In this document: positions 36,498 through 44,699 of the stretch, in pieces | How positions within the stretch are numbered: position 1 is the first letter of the stretch | Layout of the letters: each line of letters starts with the position of its first letter | Assembly (NCBI GenBank): GCA_902778325.1 | Contig: CACYWZ010000005.1 | Location: 4,347 to 68,346, forward strand | Source: an uncultured Spirochaetaceae bacterium | GTDB taxonomy: Bacteria > Spirochaetota > Spirochaetia > Treponematales > Treponemataceae | Direction of reading: 5' to 3' | Length of the DNA stretch: 64,000 nt | Translations under genes and position numbers: made by a program | Notes under the pieces: generated by a model | What the model was told of the DNA's origin: nothing | Seen by the model: the letters and a program-made list of their open reading frames with translations, nothing else | The model's database searches: none

Positions 36498-36513
36498 CAG
36501 CGGAGGTTTTTCT

Positions 36514-37209
36514 ATGGTAAAAATTAAACCGCACTGTCGCGTAACAGAAATCAACGACGCGGCAAGAACGATTTTAAGCGACTTCGACGCCAATTCAGAT
36601 TTGGCGAAAATGCCACTTTTACCTTCAATTATCACGGATTTGCGAAGTTCAAATGAGAGACTGACTTTTGCAATCAACAAGGACAAGTTTTTCAGCGAGA
36701 CGGACAAGGCTGACTCATGGCGAGACAGCGCAGTCAGGGACTTGGGAACGTTTATCGCAGGACAAGCCGTCTTGAAAAACGAGGAAAAGCGCAATGCGGC
36801 GCTTTCGCTAAAAGCAATTTTCGACAAATACGGAAAGAGAATCACGCTTTCTAGCAATGAGCAAGAAACATCGCTCATTGTGTCCATGCTCGAAGATTTT
36901 GAAGCGCAAAAAGACTCGTTCGCTCTTCTTGACGGGCTTGAGGACTTAATCAAGGATTTGACCGACGCGCAGAAAGCCTTTGACGATGCGTCAAAGAACT
37001 ATCGCGACTCAAAGGCAAACAAGGGCGAAAGTGCAACAAGCGCAAAAAAAGACGTTTTGAGCATCATAAACTTGCGTCTTGTTCCGTTTCTGAACTCTGT
37101 CTCACAAGATGAGAATTTCAAAGATTTTTCGTCAAAGGTTGAAATCGTCATCGAAAAAGTGAACAGCCTTGTTTCAGCACATAGCACTTCAAATAAAAAA
37201 AAGATTTAG
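36514..37209 (+). CDS. DUF6261-like helical protein
   Basis: Pattern ..DKADSWRDSA...AALSLKAIFDKYG..IT..S..QETS.I.S.L.D recalls DUF6261; SD ggagg. Confidence 0.65.
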   Translation: MVKIKPHCRVTEINDAARTILSDFDANSDLAKMPLLPSIITDLRSSNERLTFAINKDKFFSETDKADSWRDSAVRDLGTFIAGQAVLKNEEKRNAALSLKAIFDKYGKRITLSSNEQETSLIVSMLEDFEAQKDSFALLDGLEDLIKDLTDAQKAFDDASKNYRDSKANKGESATSAKKDVLSIINLRLVPFLNSVSQDENFKDFSSKVEIVIEKVNSLVSAHSTSNKKKI

Positions 37210-37243
37210 TTTTCCTTAATGCGAAAACTTTGACACAACAAAT

Positions 37244-37277
37244 AAAGCCTTGCCGTTTTTCGGCGGGCTTTTTTTTC
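37244..37277 (+). terminator. Intrinsic terminator
   Basis: AAAGCCttGCCG-tttt-CGGCgGGCTTT followed by a T-run. Confidence 0.7.
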
Positions 37278-37378
37278 TAGAAGTACACTTTTTCTCAAAT
37301 ACCTCAAAAAAAGAATGCGAAATCTTAATTGTGCGTGTATACTTTATGCAGAAGCCATATCTATAAAGGAGATATCAC

Positions 37379-38512
37379 ATGAAAAAGGTTCTTGTCTGCA
37401 AGGAAAAAGACGAGCGCGAAACTCGCGTGGCTCTTGTTCCGGACGATGTGAAGAAACTTAGCGCGCTTGGCTTTGAAATCAAGGTCGTTAAGAGCGCGGG
37501 AGTTAAGAGCGGTTTTGGCGATGAGGCGTACACAAAAGCGGGTGCGCTTCTCGTTGAAAAGGAAGAAGATGCTTATGCGGACAGTGAAATCATTGTGCGC
37601 ATTATGAAGCCTGAGAGCATTGAGGGTATCAAAAGCGGCACGCTGCACTTGAGCTATATGGACCCTTTCAACAACAAGGAGCTTTTGGACAAATTCGCTT
37701 CTTCAGGCATTCAGGCGGTCTCTCTTGAGATGATTCCGCGTAGCACTTTGGCGCAAAAGATGGACGTGCAGTCTTCTCAGACTTCGCTTGCGGGCTATGT
37801 TGCGGTTTTGAACGCAGCGGCGAGATTGCCGAAGATTTTGCCGATGATGGTTACTCCTGCGGGAACGATTAACCCAGCGCGTGTGTTTATCATCGGCGTC
37901 GGTGTGGCGGGCTTGCAGGCGATTGCTACGGCGAAACGCTTGGGCGCGCGCGTTGACGCATTCGACACCCGCCCTGTCGTTGAGGAGCAAGTAAAGTCGC
38001 TCGGCGCTTCATTCGTGAAAATCGACCTCGGCGAGATGGGACAGACTGCGCAGGGATATGCAAAGGAGCTCACGCCAGAGCAGATTGCAAAGCAAAAAGA
38101 AGCGCAGGCAAAGGTGTGCGAAAAGGCGAACATCGTTATCACGACAGCGAAAGTCTTTGGACGAAAAGCGCCGCGCCTTATTGAAAAGAACGTGCTTGAC
38201 CGAATGCAGCCAGGTTCTATTGTTGTGGATATGGCTTGCTCGACGGGCGGAAACGTTGAAGGCTCAAAGCTCTTCGAGAACGTTGTTACAGAAAACGGCG
38301 TTACGATTATGTCGGGCGATTTATTGGAGCGACAAGTGCCTTACGACGCAAGCAAGATGTTCTCAGGCAACATCACGGCTTTCCTCACGCACGCAGGCTT
38401 TTACGACAAGGAAGCCAAAGAGTTCAAGGTCAATCTTGAAGACGAGATTATGAAAGGCTGCTTGCTCACCAAAGACGGCGCAATAATCCACGAGAGATTC
38501 AAGCAAGCATAA
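37379..38512 (+). CDS. pntA: NAD(P) transhydrogenase alpha subunit, part 1 (dI)
   Basis: ETRVALVP, SSQTSLAGY and GVGVAGLQAIATAKRLGA motifs. Confidence 0.92.
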   Translation: MKKVLVCKEKDERETRVALVPDDVKKLSALGFEIKVVKSAGVKSGFGDEAYTKAGALLVEKEEDAYADSEIIVRIMKPESIEGIKSGTLHLSYMDPFNNKELLDKFASSGIQAVSLEMIPRSTLAQKMDVQSSQTSLAGYVAVLNAAARLPKILPMMVTPAGTINPARVFIIGVGVAGLQAIATAKRLGARVDAFDTRPVVEEQVKSLGASFVKIDLGEMGQTAQGYAKELTPEQIAKQKEAQAKVCEKANIVITTAKVFGRKAPRLIEKNVLDRMQPGSIVVDMACSTGGNVEGSKLFENVVTENGVTIMSGDLLERQVPYDASKMFSGNITAFLTHAGFYDKEAKEFKVNLEDEIMKGCLLTKDGAIIHERFKQA

Positions 38513-38517
38513 AAGAT

Positions 38518-38580
38518 TGTCATTCCGAATTTATTTCGGAATCTCTTGCTAACAGACCCTGAAACAAGTTCAGGGTGACA
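38518..38580. repeat. 63-bp double-hairpin REP-like element (TGTCA...TGACA)
   Basis: TGTCATTCCGAATTTATTTCGGAATCT-cttgctaac-AGACCCTGAAACAAGTTCAGGGTGACA. Confidence 0.85.
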
Positions 38581-38595
38581 ATTTGGAGAAAAAGA

Positions 38596-39084
38596 ATGGG
38601 AATGTGTGGAAACTATATTTCGGTTACGAATGAGGAGCTCAAGGCTGTTCAAGACGGCAAGGCTGATATTTTTGAGCTTTGCAAGACGGAAGGCAGGTCT
38701 GTGACCGATATCGACAAGGCTTGGGATATGATGAGTTTCACGTTCACGGGGGAACATTTCGGAATGGGAAACTCAGCGGAATATCTTGTTGTTCCAATGA
38801 TTATAGACCAAATGCTTGATGAGTATTCCGAAGAGGGAATCAATGCGTATTGGCTCACTCAAGCGCAGGTCAAAGAAGCATCTGCTTTTTTGGCTGACAT
38901 CGATGAAGTCAAGCTCAAGGCGAACTTTGACCACGATGAACTTGTGGCAAACGAAGTCTACGGCGCTGGTGACGGATACGCGGAAGAAGACTTTTCGTAT
39001 ATGAAAGAATATGTTTTCACGCTAAGGGATTTCTACAAGAAAGCGGCAGAGGAAAACAAAGCCGTTATCTTTTGGATTTGTTAA
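38596..39084 (+). CDS. YfbM/DUF1877-like protein inside the pnt operon
   Basis: MGMCGNY...DIDKAWD...L.DFYKKAAEENKAVIFWI pattern; SD ggag. Confidence 0.72.
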   Translation: MGMCGNYISVTNEELKAVQDGKADIFELCKTEGRSVTDIDKAWDMMSFTFTGEHFGMGNSAEYLVVPMIIDQMLDEYSEEGINAYWLTQAQVKEASAFLADIDEVKLKANFDHDELVANEVYGAGDGYAEEDFSYMKEYVFTLRDFYKKAAEENKAVIFWIC

Positions 39085-39118
39085 ATATTGATACCGTCTT
39101 GTACGGTTGGAGAAAAAT

Positions 39119-39418
39119 ATGGATATAATGCTTATTTTCGTATTTGTTATTGCGGCGTTCTTGGGATTGGAGCTTATCGCTAAAGTTCCGAGTCAGCTTC
39201 ACACGCCGCTTATGAGCGGAACAAACGCGATTTCTGGTATCACGGTTGTCGGTGCAATCTCGATTACGGCTCTCGCGGTGAAAATCGGGGGAACGGTCGG
39301 CTCTGTTTTGGGCTTTTTGGCTATCGTGTTTGCGACAATCAACGTTATCGGCGGCTATATGGTTACTGACCGTATGCTCGGTATGTTCAAGAAAAAGGAC
39401 ACAAAGGCAGGTAAATAA
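39119..39418 (+). CDS. pntA: NAD(P) transhydrogenase alpha subunit, part 2 (membrane)
   Basis: LHTPLMSGTNAISG and GGYMVTDRMLGMF motifs. Confidence 0.92.
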   Translation: MDIMLIFVFVIAAFLGLELIAKVPSQLHTPLMSGTNAISGITVVGAISITALAVKIGGTVGSVLGFLAIVFATINVIGGYMVTDRMLGMFKKKDTKAGK

Positions 39419-40849
39419 ATGAGTGATACAGCAATTAAAATTCTTTACATGGTGTCTTGTATCTTCTTTATCCGCGGCATTAAGTTGCTCGGAAAGACGG
39501 ACACAGCGCGAAAGGGAAACGCGTATTCTGCGGTCGGTATGCTCATCGCTGTCATTACGGTTTTGTGCGAGCAGGGCGTAATCGGCTCTTGGAACTCAAA
39601 TCCATTGCAGAACGGCTACTGCTGGATTATCGCGGCGGTTCTTGTGGGAACGGTCATCGGCGCGATTTGGTCAAAGAAAGTCAAGATGACTGGAATGCCT
39701 GAGCTTGTTGCGCTTTTCAACGGCTTCGGAGGTCTTTCTTCGCTCCTTGTGGCTATCACGCAGTATGTGGCGTATGTTTCAGACTCAAGCGCACAGCCAA
39801 AGGGAGATGCTTTCACATCGATTTCGCTCGGTCTTACGATTGCTATCGGCGCGGTGGCGTTCACGGGTTCTGTTGTGGCTTGGGGAAAGCTTTCGGGCAA
39901 GGCGTTCAAGAAGAACGTGGCAATTCCTGCAAAGAACGCGATTAACGGCATTTTGTGCGTGGCGGGACTTGTGGCTATCGTTGCTTATGCGATTTTGGGC
40001 GACGCTGAAATCGAAAAGTGCGCGATTATCGCAACAACGGCGATTTTCTTGCTCTTGGGCTTCACGATGGTTTTGCCAATCGGCGGCGGCGATATGCCTG
40101 TTATCATTTCGTTCTTGAATGCGCTTTCTGGCTTGGCGGCGGCTTTTGCGGGCTTCGCTATCAACAACACAGTTCTCGTTGTTTCGGGCTGTCTTGTTGG
40201 CGCGTCTGGCTTGATTTTGACATTGATTATGTGCAAGGCTATGAACCGCACTTTTGCAAGCCTTTTGTTCAAGAGCTTCGGCGGACAGAAGAAGAAGGGC
40301 GCGACAGGTCCTGCAAAAGAGCCGAAAGCGATGAGCGTGGAAGACGCTTATATGATTTTGGAAGCAGCAAAGAACGTCGTCTTTGTTCCAGGCTACGGTA
40401 TGGCGGTTGCTCAGGCTCAGCACGCGGTCAAGGAGCTTTGCGACAAGCTCGAAGCGAACGGCGCGGAGGTCAACTTTGCGATTCACCCTGTAGCTGGTCG
40501 TATGCCTGGACACATGAACGTTCTTCTTGCCGAGGCTAATGTTCCGTATGAGCAGCTCAAGACAGCCGACGAGATGAACCCGCAGATGAGCAATGTCGAT
40601 GTTGCGATTGTTATCGGTGCAAACGATGTTGTAAACCCTGACGCAATCAATGATGAAAGCTCTCCATTGTACGGTATGCCAATCGTGAACGCGCACGAGG
40701 CTCGCACGGTCTTTGTCTTGAAGCGCGGTAAGGGAACGGGCTTCTCTGGCGTGGAAAATCCGCTTTTCACGAATGACAACACGGTAATGATTTACGGAGA
40801 TGCAAAAGCGACAGTAAGCGCATTGGTGTCTGAGTTCAACAACGAATAG
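39419..40849 (+). CDS. pntB: NAD(P) transhydrogenase beta subunit
   Basis: MPELVALFNGFGG, VPGYGMAVAQAQ, HPVAGRMPGHMNVLLAEA and GANDVVNP motifs. Confidence 0.95.
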   Translation: MSDTAIKILYMVSCIFFIRGIKLLGKTDTARKGNAYSAVGMLIAVITVLCEQGVIGSWNSNPLQNGYCWIIAAVLVGTVIGAIWSKKVKMTGMPELVALFNGFGGLSSLLVAITQYVAYVSDSSAQPKGDAFTSISLGLTIAIGAVAFTGSVVAWGKLSGKAFKKNVAIPAKNAINGILCVAGLVAIVAYAILGDAEIEKCAIIATTAIFLLLGFTMVLPIGGGDMPVIISFLNALSGLAAAFAGFAINNTVLVVSGCLVGASGLILTLIMCKAMNRTFASLLFKSFGGQKKKGATGPAKEPKAMSVEDAYMILEAAKNVVFVPGYGMAVAQAQHAVKELCDKLEANGAEVNFAIHPVAGRMPGHMNVLLAEANVPYEQLKTADEMNPQMSNVDVAIVIGANDVVNPDAINDESSPLYGMPIVNAHEARTVFVLKRGKGTGFSGVENPLFTNDNTVMIYGDAKATVSALVSEFNNE

Positions 40850-40894
40850 TACAGGCATAGCCTGATTTTGCTAACGTAAAATCTTTCTGTAGTT

Positions 40895-40932
40895 ATACCA
40901 GTTCTTATATTATTGTAAGGACTGGTATTTTT
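40895..40932 (+). terminator. Intrinsic terminator after pntB
   Basis: ATACCAGT...ACTGGTAT stem followed by a T-run. Confidence 0.65.
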
Positions 40933-41027
40933 CAGTTAGCGATACAAGATTTTTTCTGAAAAAAAAGATTTTTTTGTGCCCAATTCGTTTATATTATGTA
41001 TGCTGACAAAATAAGGAGAAAACAAAT

Positions 41028-41876
41028 ATGAGTGCGGGTTATGGTTATTTTAGAATCGAATTTTACACAGGGGACGGTTCTGAGGACACAGGCGCGGCAA
41101 AAAATGCATACGACTGGTGCAAGGCGAACTACGACTGGTTCAACGGAGAAAACGGCGACGGCTCTGACATTCCGTTTTTGCTGTCGGGCAACTCGTTTGT
41201 TCCGAACGACAGCTGGTATGCGGACGGCTTGGACATAAAAAACACCTCTATTCCAAGCGATGTAGACTGGCTTGAGGACGCAGCAAAAGAAGCAAATGCC
41301 GCACGGCTTGTGGCAAGCGTACAAGAAGATTATAGCGAGTCAAGCGACTGGTCGAACTCTTATACCGAAAAAGTCTGGATTGACGGAAAGGTAAAGGACA
41401 AATACAAAGTCTACGAGTTCAACAACTCGACATTCCCGCCTTATGAGCGCGACAGCGGCTCAGCCGTTTTTCATCTGGACGACGGAACATACAGGCATCT
41501 TTGCGGAATGTTCAAAAACGCAAAGACCGGAGAAATAGTTTTGTGCGGTCAGCTGATTTCTCATCTTTCTGATGATGATGAGTCTATTGAAGATACTAAT
41601 CTTGTCTTCTATGAGTCCGGAGAAGAAGTTTCTGTCAACATCGATGACCTGGATTTCATCGACAAGGAAGAATGCGTCAGGGCGTTCATTTCAGAGGTGA
41701 AACAATTTATGTCCGAGGAATGCGAGATTGACGAAAGCGACTGGACATTTGAGGGATTTAAGGGAGACAGATGCTCATTCTTTGAGATTTACGGCTCGAA
41801 GGAACAGACTGTGTCTTTTATGGATTGCGAGGATTACGCAAGAAAACTTGATGATGAAATCGAATCCAGGGAATAA
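41028..41876 (+). CDS. Acidic hypothetical protein
   Basis: SD aggaga; 282 aa, D/E-rich, no recognised motif. Confidence 0.7.
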   Translation: MSAGYGYFRIEFYTGDGSEDTGAAKNAYDWCKANYDWFNGENGDGSDIPFLLSGNSFVPNDSWYADGLDIKNTSIPSDVDWLEDAAKEANAARLVASVQEDYSESSDWSNSYTEKVWIDGKVKDKYKVYEFNNSTFPPYERDSGSAVFHLDDGTYRHLCGMFKNAKTGEIVLCGQLISHLSDDDESIEDTNLVFYESGEEVSVNIDDLDFIDKEECVRAFISEVKQFMSEECEIDESDWTFEGFKGDRCSFFEIYGSKEQTVSFMDCEDYARKLDDEIESRE

Positions 41877-41882
41877 GTCGTT

Positions 41883-42137
41883 TTGTATCGGCTCGTAACC
41901 CCAGAATTGGCTCTTCTCTATCTTTCCAAGAACGATGGAAACCGCCCGATTGATGAAAGGCGTGTTCGCGATTTTGAGGAAGATATGCGCGCGGGAAGAT
42001 GGCGCGAGAAAGGCAGCGTTCCGATTATAATCACACCGACAGGCGAGCTTCTAAACGGACAGCATAGGCTCACCGCCCTCGTGCGCGCAGGTCTTTCGAT
42101 GACGATGAGGGTGTGCGTCCGCGAGGATAAACAATGA
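41883..42137 (+). CDS. Stand-alone ParB-like N-terminal domain
   Basis: NRPID..RV..F..DM..GRW...PIII...GELLNGQHRL.A pattern; TTG start. Confidence 0.6.
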   Translation: MYRLVTPELALLYLSKNDGNRPIDERRVRDFEEDMRAGRWREKGSVPIIITPTGELLNGQHRLTALVRAGLSMTMRVCVREDKQ

Positions 42138-42145
42138 AATTGCAA

Positions 42146-42208
42146 GCACCAGGCTATCTTGCGTCAAGGCAAGTCAACCGCGATTGAGCGGAGCTTGGTG
42201 TTTTTTTT
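42146..42208 (+). terminator. Branched hairpin with U-tract
   Basis: 10-bp outer stem GCACCAGGCT/AGCTTGGTGT enclosing CTTGC/GCAAG and CCGC/GCGG hairpins, then a T8 run. Confidence 0.6.
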
Positions 42209-42239
42209 GTATATTTGTATAAAGGAATACATTGACAAT

Positions 42240-42560
42240 ATGGATTTTCAAAGCGTATTGAAAACAGCAAAAAGCACGTTTTTTAGCGAAACGCAAAAAT
42301 ATCAGAGTGTTTGTCAAAAAGAAGTTTTGATTGACAATGAAGAGTGCTTCAGAGCGATTGTCGAATGGAAAAAATGCACAGGAGAACTACTTGTTGAGCG
42401 CTCAGACTTTGCTCCGTACAGATATGTGAGTTTTAACATATTGTCGATTGAAAAAGATGAAAGTGTTTTTTGCTATTATGACAGTGATGAGTCTTTGGAA
42501 GAGATTGCGGACAAAATAAAAGAAGGATTTTGCTCTGCAAGTCAAATGTTGCAACAGTAG
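42240..42560 (+). CDS. Hypothetical protein, possibly an immunity-family protein
   Basis: SD aagga; RAIVEW...GEL.V..SDFAPYRYVSF.IL...FCYYD pattern recalls small immunity proteins; unverified. Confidence 0.5.
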   Translation: MDFQSVLKTAKSTFFSETQKYQSVCQKEVLIDNEECFRAIVEWKKCTGELLVERSDFAPYRYVSFNILSIEKDESVFCYYDSDESLEEIADKIKEGFCSASQMLQQ

Positions 42561-42639
42561 CAATTGCAAGTTTCTTTTACTTTTGAAGTCGTTTTTTGTC
42601 GCATTGTTTCTTGCGGCGTCCCAAAAAACAAAAACAGCG

Positions 42640-42920
42640 AAAAAAGATTTCTTTTTTTCTTTACCAAAATCAGTTCAATCACAAAAGATTTATTTTTTCT
42701 TTGGATACATTCATGCAGAAGAAAATATTTTTCTTTTTTTTGTGGCAAAACACTGGTCAAAGAAAAAAGAATTAAATTTTATGTGACTAGAATCGTGTCA
42801 ATGACAAAAGATTTCTTTTTTTTTGTGATTCAAATTGAGATTTTGACAAAAGATTTCTTTTTTTCCCGAAAAGAAAAAGGACAGGAAAAAAGAAAAAAAT
42901 TTCTCACAAAAGATTCTTTT
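42640..42920. repeat. Degenerate AT-rich array with ~41-42-bp period
   Basis: AAAAGATTTCTTTTTTT-like cores at about 42645, 42686, 42768, 42809 and 42851. Confidence 0.65.
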
Positions 42921-43034
42921 CTCTGCAATAAAAAGGAGAATGTGTGCTAGAATGCCTGTCTGAACGCAACACATCGTTTTCTGTGAAAGTCAGTTATTAG
43001 AGTAATACGTCGTATGATTTTGAAAGAGAGAAGT

Positions 43035-43460
43035 TCAGTTTGTGCTTTGTGAGTCTAAATGCACAACGCTGTCCCGCAACACTTGAAGCACGTTCGGCTC
43101 GGCTTCAAGCGTTTTTATCAAAGCAGACATTTCTTCATCGCTCAAATCTTTTTTTGCACTCAACGCGCACATATTGAAATTCGAATAGAAATAAAGAAGC
43201 TCCAGATTCATCTTTTCAGCGAGTTTCTTTGCGTCTTCTTCGCTTGACTTTTCAGAAAAACTCAAAATCACAGTGCGCTTTGAATATTCGCTGTGCATTT
43301 TCGGAGTTCTTAGCGAAAATGCAGGGTCTATGCCTGAATTATCTGAAAGAGAATCAACGCTGACTGTTATGGTCTCTTCGCTTTTTGGTTCTAGCGTCTT
43401 GCAGGAAAAAAGCAAGAAAATCAGTGCAAATGGAAAAATCATTTTTTTTAGAATCATCAT
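43035..43460 (-). CDS. Small lipoprotein with a protease-prodomain-like C-terminus
   Basis: LLFS-C lipobox; VILSF...LYFYSNFNMCALS...LE.EPNVLQV.RDSVVHLD pattern. Confidence 0.6.
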   Translation of the reverse strand: MMILKKMIFPFALIFLLFSCKTLEPKSEETITVSVDSLSDNSGIDPAFSLRTPKMHSEYSKRTVILSFSEKSSEEDAKKLAEKMNLELLYFYSNFNMCALSAKKDLSDEEMSALIKTLEAEPNVLQVLRDSVVHLDSQSTN

Positions 43461-43647
43461 AACCAATATTGAACGCTATTTCCAAAAAAATAACAATGGC
43501 TTGTTCAAAAAATAGCTTGCATAGAATTTTCATGCGCAAAAACGAAGAATCTTTTTCAAGTCTTGGATAATCTGAGTCCCAAGATGCGCGCTGGGATGGC
43601 GTTTGGAGATATTCAAAAGAAAAAGTGAATCTTTTGAACGAATTTTG

Positions 43648-43674
43648 TAAAGTCTTTTTTTGGTACTCCGAATA
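43648..43674 (+). promoter_or_regulatory. sigma28 (FliA)-like promoter of flaB
   Basis: TAAA-N15-TCCGAATA, compared with the consensus TAAA-N15-GCCGATAA. Confidence 0.65.
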
Positions 43675-43756
43675 TAAAAGTATAGGGTGGTGGTATTCTT
43701 TCCTTGGGGATAAGGCTAGAGAAACTTCTGCTAAGAAAATTTGATAGGAGATTGTT

Positions 43757-44617
43757 ATGGTTATCAATCACAACATGAGCGCAATGTTTGCCCAGCGCGT
43801 TAACGGAATTAACGAAGCAAATCAGGCTGGCAATATGTCAAAGCTTTCTTCAGGAATGAAGATTAACAGGGCTGGAGATGATGCTTCAGGACTCGCAGTT
43901 TCAGAGAAAATGAGAAGCCAGGTTCGCGGTTTGAATCAGGCTTCTGAGAACGCTCAGAACGGCATTTCTTTCATTCAGACAACAGAGGGCTACCTCGAAG
44001 AGACAACTGACATCGTTCAGAGAATCCGTGAGCTTGCTGTACAGTCATCTAACGGTATCTACACAGACGAGGATCGCATGCAGATTCAGGTTGAGGTTTC
44101 TCAGCTCGTAGCAGAAGTTGACCGCATTGCATCACAGGCACAGTTCAACGGTATGAACATGCTCACAGGACGCTTCGCACAGTCAACTGGCGAGAACTCT
44201 GTAACAGCTTCAATGTGGCTCCACATTGGTGCAAACATGGATCAGAGAACACAGGTTTTCATTGGCACAATGACAGCTTCAGCTCTCGGACTCCGCGCAC
44301 AGGGAACAGAGCAGATTCTCTCACTCGAGGATCCAGACAGCGCAAACCGCGCAATCGGAACTCTCGACGAGGCTTTGAAGAAGGTCAACAAGCAGAGAGC
44401 AGACCTCGGTGCATACCAGAACCGCCTCGAGGAAGCAACAAAGGGTATCAACGTTGCTGCTGAGAACCTCCAGGCTTCTGAGAGCCGCATCCGCGACACA
44501 GACATGGCATCTGAGATGGTTGACTTCACAAAGAACCAGATTCTCACACAGGCTGCAACTGCTATGCTCGCACAGGCTAACCAGTCAAGCCAGAACGTCA
44601 TGAGCTTGATTCGCTAG
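43757..44617 (+). CDS. flaB: Periplasmic flagellar core protein FlaB
   Basis: [30 protein letters not shown] and [10 protein letters not shown]; 286 aa, typical of spirochaete FlaB. Confidence 0.97.
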   Translation: MVINHNMSAMFAQRVNGINEANQAGNMSKLSSGMKINRAGDDASGLAVSEKMRSQVRGLNQASENAQNGISFIQTTEGYLEETTDIVQRIRELAVQSSNGIYTDEDRMQIQVEVSQLVAEVDRIASQAQFNGMNMLTGRFAQSTGENSVTASMWLHIGANMDQRTQVFIGTMTASALGLRAQGTEQILSLEDPDSANRAIGTLDEALKKVNKQRADLGAYQNRLEEATKGINVAAENLQASESRIRDTDMASEMVDFTKNQILTQAATAMLAQANQSSQNVMSLIR

Positions 44618-44647
44618 TTTTAATCGCTGAACAAAATATAGTATATC

Positions 44648-44690
44648 AAAAAAAATCCCTGCTGGTTTTCTGGCAGGGATTTTTCTTTTT
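44648..44690. terminator. Bidirectional terminator between flaB and pepF
   Basis: AAAAATCCCTGC...GCAGGGATTTTT. Confidence 0.85.
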
Positions 44691-44699
44691 TACACAAAA

